A stretch of DNA of 64,000 nucleotides from the NCBI GenBank assembly GCA_040390125.1, contig JAZJYZ010000001.1, positions 442,396-506,395 of the forward strand, given 5' to 3'. Position numbers and translations under genes: made by a program. Positions 56,505 through 64,000 of the stretch are shown here, piece after piece. Origin of the DNA: Patescibacteria group bacterium (GTDB lineage: Bacteria > Patescibacteriota > Minisyncoccia > Phycocordibacterales > Phycocordibacteraceae). Under the pieces are notes generated by a model. It saw only the letters and a program-made list of their open reading frames with translations. It did not search any database and was not told where the DNA came from. Position 1 is the stretch's first letter. Every line of letters starts with the position of its first letter.

Positions 56505-56921
56505 CTATTGAGGGGACGCATTGTCTGTGAGAAATTTCCATCTGCCTTTCCCTCTGGGTGGAAGTGCTATCTCTAGGAGAGTTTCTATTTTTTCCCAAAA
56601 TCCCTTTAACTCCAGACTCTCTCGCAATATTTCTTCCACTCTTTTTAGTTTTCCTCGTTCCAGCTTTAGCTGTAAACGTGCGATCGTCGAAGGGCTAATC
56701 ATTAATGTTTTTTGAATACGATATGGAGACATACCTCGGAGAAGGAGGGCAATGATAGCTAAACGTTTTGCTAGCATAATGCGTTCTGTGTTAGTAAAAA
56801 ATTCATCGAGAAAAGGACTATCCACTTTTCTATATTTCAGTGTGAGTAACGTTTTTCTGAACTCTTTATAAATAGAATTTGCTATTTCTTCCTTGAGAGG
56901 GTGCTTTGAGACATGTGGCAT
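56505..56921 (-). CDS. TrpR/YerC-YecD-like HTH repressor 2
   Basis: FLDEFFTNTERIMLAKRLAIIALLLRGMSPYRIQKTLMISPSTIARL. Confidence 0.8.
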   Translation of the reverse strand: MPHVSKHPLKEEIANSIYKEFRKTLLTLKYRKVDSPFLDEFFTNTERIMLAKRLAIIALLLRGMSPYRIQKTLMISPSTIARLQLKLERGKLKRVEEILRESLELKGFWEKIETLLEIALPPRGKGRWKFLTDNASPQ

Positions 56922-56922
56922 G

Positions 56923-56956
56923 TTATAAACTATACGATATATCGTATAGTTTATAA
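56923..56956. promoter_or_regulatory. Perfect 34-bp palindrome abutting the start of TrpR-like gene 2
   Basis: TTATAAACTATACGATA|TATCGTATAGTTTATAA. Confidence 0.8.
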
Positions 56957-57019
56957 AAAGGTATCATCTGGATAACTAAATAACTAAGAAGCTAGATAAC
57001 TGGAGCTAGTATTCTGAGT

Positions 57020-58987
57020 TCACCAAATTTTTGCACGAGCACTGGGAGCTCGATAGAGTTTGTCTCCTTTTTTTACGCCGAACGCTTCGTAGAACTCAGG
57101 TAGGTTTGAAAACGGCCCGTTCACACGAAACTCCGATGGGGAGTGTGGGTCAGTCATAACAATAGTCTTTAGAAATTCTGGCCTGGAAATTTCTCGCTCT
57201 CCTTGTGCACAGCCGAGGAAAAAGCGTTGCTCTGGAGTAAAGCCGTCAATGTTTTTTTTCTCTTTCTTTTGTAGATGTTTTTGATATGCGTCGTATGCAA
57301 TTGAGATGCCTCCAAGGTCAGCAATGTTTTCTCCAAGCGTTAATTTGCCGTTTACGTGAATACCAGGGAGTACTTCAAAGGCGTCAAATTGCTTCGCGAG
57401 AACTTTTGCTTTCTTCTCAAACTGCATACGATCTTTTTTGGTCCACCAACTTTTTAAATTTCCTTTTTCATCGAACTTAGAGCCTTGGTCGTCGAAGCTA
57501 TGGGTTATCTCGTGTCCGATGGTATAGCCAATAGCTCCATAGTTCACGGCATCGTCAGCAGAGGGGTCAAAAAACGGTGCTTGCAGAATCGCAGCGGGGA
57601 AGACTATTTCATTAAGTCCTGGATTGAAATAGGCGTTGACCGTTTGTGGAGACATATGCCACTCACTTCGGTCCACTGGTTTTGCTAGTTTTCGTAGCTG
57701 TCTCTTGTGTTCAAACTCAGACACACGAAGTGCATTTCCAAAATAGTCGGTCGGTTTAATAGTGAGTCCTCTGTAGCTTTTCCACCGGTTCGGGTAGGCG
57801 AGCTTGCGGGTCATGGCACGCAATTTAACTAGTGCTCGTTTTTTTGTCGGTGTGCTCATCCACTCCAAACTAAGAATGCGTTCTTTAAATGCGTCGAACA
57901 AATCGTCGACTATTTTGTTTACTTTCTTTTTAGCTTCTGCACTGAAGTGTTTCTGTACATACAATTGTCCTAATGCTTCTCCCAAAGATCCATTTACCGC
58001 TACCAACCCTCGCCTCCAGAGGGGTTTCATTTTAGTAGTGCCCATGAGAGCACGACCGTAAAAATTAAAACTTTCACGTACCAATGCTGGCGAGAGAAGG
58101 GATGCTGTTTGGTTTATGAGTTGGCATTCAAAGTACACTTTTAGCTTTTCAATCGGTGTGGTTTTTACTATTTTTTCAACTTCTTTAAAAAACAGTGGTT
58201 GACCAACTATCATCTCGTGAGGTTTTGGTATGCCGAAAAGTTTCAAGTATCGTCTCCAAGAAATAGCAGGAGTGAAATGCTCGAGCGCTGTAATTGTTTT
58301 TTTGTGATACGTCTTGTCGGGGTCACGGACATCTACTTTGTTCATCGAAGCTTTTGCGAGCCTCGTTTCGATTTCCATGGCGATTTCCATCTTTCCTTGT
58401 GCTTCCTTAGAGTTCACGCCAAGAAGTTTCAACAGCGCTTGGAGGTGTAGTTTGTAGGCATTTCGAATACGTACTGACTCCTTGTCGTCCTTAAGATAAT
58501 AGTCCCTGTCGGGCATTCCCAGCCCACTTTGGTACAAATGGAGTATGTTTTTTTCACTTTTCTTTGAGTCTTGATCAACGGCAGTTCCCCACAAGACATC
58601 AATGCCAACTCGATGCAGGTGTGCAATGCACGTAATTAGCTCGTCTCTTGTGGATACGTTATTGATGAGCGTAAGCCATTTTTGAATTGGCTGTGACCCG
58701 GCGACTTTCCGTGCCTGTATGTCTATTGCAGAGGTGTAATAATCTTTGACTAATTGCTCTGAACTGCCTTGTGTAAAATTTTTCTTGGATTCGAGACTTT
58801 TCAAAATAATTCGTAATTGCTTTTCTGTATCATAGCGAAGGGTTATAAAACTACCCCAACGGCTCTCGGTTGGTGGAATGGTGTTTTTCTGTATCCAACC
58901 ACCGTTTGTGTAGCGGAAAAAATCATCCTGGGGTCTGACGGATCGGTCGAGAGTCGACAGATCAAAGCCCCATTTCTTTTTATTCAT
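57020..58987 (-). CDS. M13-family metallo-endopeptidase (PepO/neprilysin-like)
   Basis: DDFFRYTNGGW, VNAYF, HEITH, GENIADLGG, DPHSP..RVNG. Confidence 0.93.
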   Translation of the reverse strand: MNKKKWGFDLSTLDRSVRPQDDFFRYTNGGWIQKNTIPPTESRWGSFITLRYDTEKQLRIILKSLESKKNFTQGSSEQLVKDYYTSAIDIQARKVAGSQPIQKWLTLINNVSTRDELITCIAHLHRVGIDVLWGTAVDQDSKKSEKNILHLYQSGLGMPDRDYYLKDDKESVRIRNAYKLHLQALLKLLGVNSKEAQGKMEIAMEIETRLAKASMNKVDVRDPDKTYHKKTITALEHFTPAISWRRYLKLFGIPKPHEMIVGQPLFFKEVEKIVKTTPIEKLKVYFECQLINQTASLLSPALVRESFNFYGRALMGTTKMKPLWRRGLVAVNGSLGEALGQLYVQKHFSAEAKKKVNKIVDDLFDAFKERILSLEWMSTPTKKRALVKLRAMTRKLAYPNRWKSYRGLTIKPTDYFGNALRVSEFEHKRQLRKLAKPVDRSEWHMSPQTVNAYFNPGLNEIVFPAAILQAPFFDPSADDAVNYGAIGYTIGHEITHSFDDQGSKFDEKGNLKSWWTKKDRMQFEKKAKVLAKQFDAFEVLPGIHVNGKLTLGENIADLGGISIAYDAYQKHLQKKEKKNIDGFTPEQRFFLGCAQGEREISRPEFLKTIVMTDPHSPSEFRVNGPFSNLPEFYEAFGVKKGDKLYRAPSARAKIW

Positions 58988-59063
58988 CTTGCTTAGTGTA
59001 ACTTGTTATTGTGTTTAGAAAAATTATTTGACATGTTATTAATTCCAATGTATATTTTTTCCC

Positions 59064-59336
59064 ATGAGACCTGGGCGAGCAGAAGGTATGGCTGGATATG
59101 AAGCCCGCATTCGTGAGTTAAATTTGAAACGCAGAGATCCGGTTATTTTAAGAAATACAAGAAGGTTCTTCGTTGGCTCAAGGCCGGGAATTGTAGTTGC
59201 TCTAGTGAGAGGCTGGGAAGTTGAAGATTTTACTTCGGCAGGCAATGTGATTCTTCGACATACAACTGCACGCTGGAAGGGTAAACCTATTACTACTACA
59301 GTGTCACCACGTAGCATCGAGGCGGGTCGATTTTAG
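59064..59336 (+). CDS. Orphan 90-aa basic protein
   Basis: TTGACA(59028)-17-TATATT upstream. Confidence 0.55.
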   Translation: MRPGRAEGMAGYEARIRELNLKRRDPVILRNTRRFFVGSRPGIVVALVRGWEVEDFTSAGNVILRHTTARWKGKPITTTVSPRSIEAGRF

Positions 59337-59373
59337 AGATTTTTACACTGTTCCTTTGTGATAGGATTTGAAA

Positions 59374-61281
59374 ATGACCGTAAACGAGCTTCGTGCAAAA
59401 TATCTTGAATTCTTCAGGCAAAGAGGGCATCAGGTGATTCCTTCGGTTTCACTCGTGCCTGAGAATGACCCAACGACACTGTTCGTCTCTTCCGGCATGC
59501 AACCTCTTTTGCCGTATTTCTTGGGAACTCCGCACCCTATGGGGAGCCGTGTGACTAACTCGCAAAAGTCGCTCCGCACGCAAGACATTGAAGAGGTAGG
59601 AGATAATCGCCACACGACCTTTTTTGAGATGCTCGGTAATTGGTCTTTTGGAGATTACTTCAAAGCAGAGCAGTTGCCATGGTTTTTTGAATTCTTAACT
59701 GATGTGGTGGGTCTCGACCCGAGACGCCTGTATGTAACTACATTCATTGGGGACGAAACTCTAGGTATTCCAAGAGACACTGATTCGGCAGAGATTTGGA
59801 AGAAACTTTTTAGCTCGAAGGGGATAGAGGCAAAAGATGTTGCTCTGGGGTCTGAAGAGAATGGTGGAACTAAAGGTATGCAGGGTGGACGTATTTTTTA
59901 TTACGACGCCAAGAAAAATTGGTGGAGTCGTGCTGGAGCTCCGTCAGCAATGCCAGCAGGTGAACCAGGCGGGCCTGACTCAGAAGTTTTTTATGACTTC
60001 GATCCAATAGGGGCGTCGCACGACGTGAAATTTGGGAAGGAGTGTCATCCGAACTGTGATTGCGGAAGGTTCATGGAGATAGGCAATTCAGTCTTCATGG
60101 AGTACATCAAAAAAGAAGATGGAAGCTTCGAATCACTCCCCAATAAAAATGTGGATTTTGGTGGAGGGTTAGAACGTATTGCGGCAGCTCGTGAGGGAAG
60201 CGGTGACGTATTTCTTTTAGATGTGTTTGCTCCGCTGATTTCAACTCTTGAAAAAGCAGGCACAAAAAAATATACAGAGGCAACGAAATCATTTCGTATC
60301 GTGTTAGATCACATTCGTGCTTCGACATTCATGCTTGGTGATGGCGTTATTCCTTCAAACACCGAGCGAGGCTACATTGCACGCCGGCTTATCCGCCGGG
60401 CAGTCAGGCATGCCGACCTCGTAGGTGCCCCAGAGGGTACTCTTGCGGAGCTGTCGGATGCCGTAATTGAATATTTCAAAGAGCAGTATCCGGAACTCGA
60501 GGCAAACCGTTCAGCAATACACACTCACATGAGTGAGGAAGAGCAAAAATTTAGAAAAACACTCATTGTAGGAGTGAAAGAGTTTGAGCGTTTTGCACAA
60601 AAAGGTAGCGTCTCTGGAGAAGACGCATTCGTACTTTTCACTACGTACGGATTTCCTTGGGAAGTTACTGAGGAACTTGCACGTGAACGGGGTACCCCGA
60701 TTAATCGGGGTAGTTTTGATACAGCGATGGAGGAGCATCAGAAGCTTTCACGTGCTGGTGCAAGTCAAAAGTTTGCAGGTGGTCTTGCAGACCATGCTGA
60801 GCAAACTATTCGCTATCACACTACACATCACATTCTTCTTAAAGCCCTGCAGATAGTACTTGGTGGTGAGGTACATCAGCGAGGCTCAAATATTACCTCC
60901 GAGAGACTACGTATCGATTTTTCGTATCCCACTAAAATGACACCAGAGCAAAAAACGGAAGTGGAAAAAATAGTGAATGAAAAAATAACAGAAGAGCTTC
61001 CAGTTATGAGAACAGTCATGCCAAAAGAAGAGGCTGAGAAGTTTGGGGCAGAACATGAGTTTGGAGTTAAATACCCAGAAATGGTTTCGGTATATTCAGT
61101 AGGACCAAAAAATGCGACGGCAGAGACCCCCAAGATTGATAGTGCTTTTTCAATAGAATTTTGTGGCGGTCCGCATGTGAGTAATACACAAGAAATTGGG
61201 GCAGGGGGTAAACGTTTCAAAATACAAAAAGAGGAAGCGGTTGCCGCTGGAGTACGAAGGATTAAGGGGGTGTTGAGTTAG
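59374..61281 (+). CDS. alaS: Alanine--tRNA ligase (short form without C-Ala domain)
   Basis: DPTTLF, RHTTFFEMLGNWSFGDYFK, GGGLER, editing HTTHH/CGGPH, ends at AAGVRRIKG. Confidence 0.96.
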   Translation: MTVNELRAKYLEFFRQRGHQVIPSVSLVPENDPTTLFVSSGMQPLLPYFLGTPHPMGSRVTNSQKSLRTQDIEEVGDNRHTTFFEMLGNWSFGDYFKAEQLPWFFEFLTDVVGLDPRRLYVTTFIGDETLGIPRDTDSAEIWKKLFSSKGIEAKDVALGSEENGGTKGMQGGRIFYYDAKKNWWSRAGAPSAMPAGEPGGPDSEVFYDFDPIGASHDVKFGKECHPNCDCGRFMEIGNSVFMEYIKKEDGSFESLPNKNVDFGGGLERIAAAREGSGDVFLLDVFAPLISTLEKAGTKKYTEATKSFRIVLDHIRASTFMLGDGVIPSNTERGYIARRLIRRAVRHADLVGAPEGTLAELSDAVIEYFKEQYPELEANRSAIHTHMSEEEQKFRKTLIVGVKEFERFAQKGSVSGEDAFVLFTTYGFPWEVTEELARERGTPINRGSFDTAMEEHQKLSRAGASQKFAGGLADHAEQTIRYHTTHHILLKALQIVLGGEVHQRGSNITSERLRIDFSYPTKMTPEQKTEVEKIVNEKITEELPVMRTVMPKEEAEKFGAEHEFGVKYPEMVSVYSVGPKNATAETPKIDSAFSIEFCGGPHVSNTQEIGAGGKRFKIQKEEAVAAGVRRIKGVLS

Positions 61282-61344
61282 GTGAGGATATTCAGCTTCT
61301 TTTCATAGTTTTTAGTTTATAGTTGTTTAGAATTGAAGAGAAGA

Positions 61345-61372
61345 TTGACAGAAAGTTATATTAATGTATAAT
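61345..61372 (+). promoter_or_regulatory. Consensus sigma70 promoter TTGACA-16-TATAAT
   Basis: Exact hexamers; ATG at 61381. Confidence 0.75.
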
Positions 61373-61380
61373 AGAAAAAT

Positions 61381-61578
61381 ATGCTAGAACACTCTTCGAA
61401 GGAAGCGGGCAAAGGGGTGAGAGGATTCTCACCAGCTGAAGCTCAAGCGGCACTGAGAGCAGAACAAGAGCTAGAGATGTTTCGTTTTGATCTTGGTTTA
61501 CCTGATTGGGATAAGGGGAATAAGCCAGATGTTGAGTTCTTGGCTAATGTTATTTTAGGTGCCTTCGGTAAAAAATAA
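61381..61578 (+). CDS. Orphan 65-aa protein
   Basis: Directly downstream of a consensus promoter. Confidence 0.6.
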   Translation: MLEHSSKEAGKGVRGFSPAEAQAALRAEQELEMFRFDLGLPDWDKGNKPDVEFLANVILGAFGKK

Positions 61579-61635
61579 AACGAGAAATTATTTTTTCTAC
61601 TCGCTGAATTAATTTTTCAGATTTTTAAAATTACC

Positions 61636-61860
61636 ATGAACCCTGAATTCGCTATAGGAAATGTACAGTGGGTAGCAAATAGAGGCCAATTTCGGAAATT
61701 TGGCGGAAACCAAAAAAAGAAAATAAATCAATCTCCAATTGGAGAGGGTGGAAGAGATCGCATTCATGATTTTCTGGACAATATGTTTCATCGTAATCAA
61801 TCTAGATTTCGTCCTGAAAGTTTAAGCGAACTTCTTGCTAGGTTGTTTTCTGCTTGGTAA
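61636..61860 (+). CDS. Orphan 74-aa protein
   Basis: ORF track; co-oriented gap filler. Confidence 0.45.
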   Translation: MNPEFAIGNVQWVANRGQFRKFGGNQKKKINQSPIGEGGRDRIHDFLDNMFHRNQSRFRPESLSELLARLFSAW

Positions 61861-61902
61861 TCAAATTTGAAATTAATTTCATGGGTTACAATAATCCATG
61901 AA

Positions 61903-63018
61903 ATGAAGAAGGGTAGGACGGAACTCATTCTCGACATTGGAAGTGCCTCAGTGGGCGTTTGTGTTGCTACGTTTACGAAGGGGCAGAAACCACTAGTGAC
62001 TCACACAAAACGAGTACCTATTCGAACTGATTCAGCGGAAGCGTTGGGCGGTATACAAGCGCTCGCACTAGAAGCGTTAAAGAAAAATCTTGAAAACATA
62101 CCTCATACATCAAAGCCTGAGGTGATTCACGTTGTGTTTGCTGCTCCTTGGTATGCATCAGAAATAAAAATAGTTGTTTCTGAATCTGATAAAGTTTTAA
62201 AAATTGGTCGTGCCACCGTGACACATGCCATTTCCGGTCAGCGTGCACAAGATGCAAAAGAAATACGTCAAGGACGCTGTGCAGTTGAGTCTGCCGTGAC
62301 TCAGATATACGTAAATGGGTACCCTACAGCTCTTCATAATCCTGTCCGAGGAAAGCAACTGAGGGTACATTTATATGAAAGCGAGGTGGATGTGGCCTTT
62401 GTAGAGGCAATTACAGAAATTGTTCGCCATAGCGTTCCTCATGTACCGCTTCGCTTTCATACATTTCCATTCCTGGCTTTTGCAACCTTGCGGGCACTTT
62501 CCAATGAAGAAAATTTTACATTTGTTGATGTCGGAGGCGAAATTACTGATGTAGGGGTGGTTAATCGAGGCGGTCTTAATGTTATGCAGTCCTTTCCTAA
62601 GGGTGCGCGTTCGCTTGCACGCACCATTGCAGGAACTGGAAGTCTTGCTGACGCAATTTCACGGCTTACTCTATTCGCACGAGATGAGCTCAGTCCTCAA
62701 GAATCAGAGGTGTTCTCTAAACTATTTTCAACTGTTGCCACCTCATGGAACGAAGACTACGGGCGTATACAAGAATCAGTGCTCAAGGTGACACCTATGC
62801 CAAGAAAAACATTTCTTATGGCTGATGGGGAAGCGCTTGCATGGTTTCAGAAAGTTTTTTCAGCACGGGCTGATATGTTGCAGGCAGAACTCACGTTGGT
62901 TACCCCGCATTTCTTTGAGGAGCACGTCACGTTAGGCGAGGGTGGCGAGTATGATTCTTTCCTCTCTCTCGAAGTACTTTTTTTCGCCATGAAAAAAGAA
63001 GATCTCGTGGATTTGTAG
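61903..63018 (+). CDS. FtsA/PilM-like actin-fold protein
   Basis: ILDIGSASVG (phosphate 1), VNGY, FVDVGGEITDV (phosphate 2), SFPKG. Confidence 0.65.
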   Translation: MKKGRTELILDIGSASVGVCVATFTKGQKPLVTHTKRVPIRTDSAEALGGIQALALEALKKNLENIPHTSKPEVIHVVFAAPWYASEIKIVVSESDKVLKIGRATVTHAISGQRAQDAKEIRQGRCAVESAVTQIYVNGYPTALHNPVRGKQLRVHLYESEVDVAFVEAITEIVRHSVPHVPLRFHTFPFLAFATLRALSNEENFTFVDVGGEITDVGVVNRGGLNVMQSFPKGARSLARTIAGTGSLADAISRLTLFARDELSPQESEVFSKLFSTVATSWNEDYGRIQESVLKVTPMPRKTFLMADGEALAWFQKVFSARADMLQAELTLVTPHFFEEHVTLGEGGEYDSFLSLEVLFFAMKKEDLVDL

Positions 63019-63090
63019 AGAATACTTTTTGTACACAGTGACAAAAATCAAGGGATGTTGTTTATATGAAAGGGGAGTATAATCGAGGTA

Positions 63091-64000
63091 ATGGATCAAC
63101 ATCGAAGCATTCAGGATATTATTCCGCCAGCTCGCTCAAAACCTATACGGAGCCCTATGCCTGGTACCTCAGAAACCCCGCCTACTCGCCCAACTCCTCC
63201 ACCAATAAAAAACGTGCCTGTTAATCCAAAACGTCCCAGTGGTTTCTTTGGTTTTGCTGTTGTTGCAAGTATTGTTGCCGTACTTCTCGTTATCGGGGTA
63301 ATTGTCATAAGCACTGTGTTTTACCGTGCCTATGTGACCGTTACACCATTTGCGTTCAGTGTTCCGGTTCAAGGTTCTTTTGAATCTTCCCCAACAAGTG
63401 AGACGCTCCCGTACCAAAAAGTCTCTGTGTCTGACACGGTAAGCAAATCTGTTCCTGCAACAGGTTCACAGCACGTTGAAAATCATTCCTCAGGAACGAT
63501 TACCATCTACAACGCATATACCACCACCTCACAACGCTTGATTACTAACACCCGGTTTGCTACAGCCGACGGACTTGTCTTTCGGGTTCATGCACCTGTA
63601 GTCATCCCTGGTTACACAATGAAGGCTGGCGTAAAAGCTCCAGGGGTTGTGGATGTTGTTGTGTACGCTGATGACGCTGGAGAGAAATACAACATTCCTG
63701 CATCGGACTTCACCATTCCCGGCCTCAAAGGATCCAAGCAATACACACTTATATATGCTAAATCAAAGTCGGCAATGGCGGGAGGATTCATAGGCGAGCA
63801 AGCTGTTGTAGACCCTACGGTGCGTTCACAAACAGTTGAAGGCTTGAAAGCGGACCTTGATAGATCACTTCGTGCAAAACTTATTTCTGCCTTGCCCCTA
63901 GGCACGCTTGTGTTCAACGACTCTGTTTCTATTTCTTATGCGGATGCTCCTGATACTGTTGACGGAAGTAACGCTAATATCTCCGTTTCTGGAACGGCAG
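63091..64000 (+). CDS. Membrane-anchored baseplate J/gp47-like protein (partial, runs off the window)
   Basis: Manual translation MDQHRSIQDIIPP...TM...SGTITIYNAY...LITNTRF...VYADDAGEKYNI...FTIPGLKG...MAGG; no stop seen before 64000. Confidence 0.65.
   Translation, partial: MDQHRSIQDIIPPARSKPIRSPMPGTSETPPTRPTPPPIKNVPVNPKRPSGFFGFAVVASIVAVLLVIGVIVISTVFYRAYVTVTPFAFSVPVQGSFESSPTSETLPYQKVSVSDTVSKSVPATGSQHVENHSSGTITIYNAYTTTSQRLITNTRFATADGLVFRVHAPVVIPGYTMKAGVKAPGVVDVVVYADDAGEKYNIPASDFTIPGLKGSKQYTLIYAKSKSAMAGGFIGEQAVVDPTVRSQTVEGLKADLDRSLRAKLISALPLGTLVFNDSVSISYADAPDTVDGSNANISVSGTA

Noticed and set aside
59374-61281. alaS, atpC and atpH as pseudogenes because they are short
   Set aside because: Catalytic and core motifs are intact and ends are clean; this is consistent with streamlined domain loss.

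Overview
A 64-kb, mostly plus-strand housekeeping region using the standard genetic code (TGA = stop). Gene content points to a reduced-genome CPR/Patescibacteria (Parcubacteria-like) bacterium; this is an inference from the truncated ATP synthase delta/epsilon, short AlaRS, CPR-typical hypothetical proteins and many starts lacking a Shine-Dalgarno. Genes include cysS, tgt, rarA, uvrB-uvrA-uvrC, ddl, pdxST, prs, a two-subunit ATP-citrate lyase, six tRNAs, mscL, a complete F-type ATP synthase operon, an RND efflux pair, ychF, leuS, two MltG paralogs, mnmA, ogt, ung, an M13 peptidase and alaS. No transposase, integrase, CRISPR array or rRNA was seen. The unusual signal is intergenic. (1) Two different tRNAs carry the same 3'-attached ~160-170-nt element: an antisense copy plus a direct copy of that tRNA's own 3' end around a shared two-hairpin core. 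(2) Two TrpR-like genes are each bracketed on both sides by their own long palindrome, and gene-less copies of such palindromes occur elsewhere. (3) A 32-nt double-hairpin mini-element with compensatory substitutions lies inside 7-bp-periodic repeat tracts, which also supply putative -10 boxes and invade coding sequences in frame. (4) A leader-peptide attenuator-like unit precedes a Zn-finger-like microprotein. (5) About 18 orphan micro-ORFs sit between core genes, several Cys-rich and several with their own sigma70 promoters. All family assignments are by motif recognition only; no searches were run.
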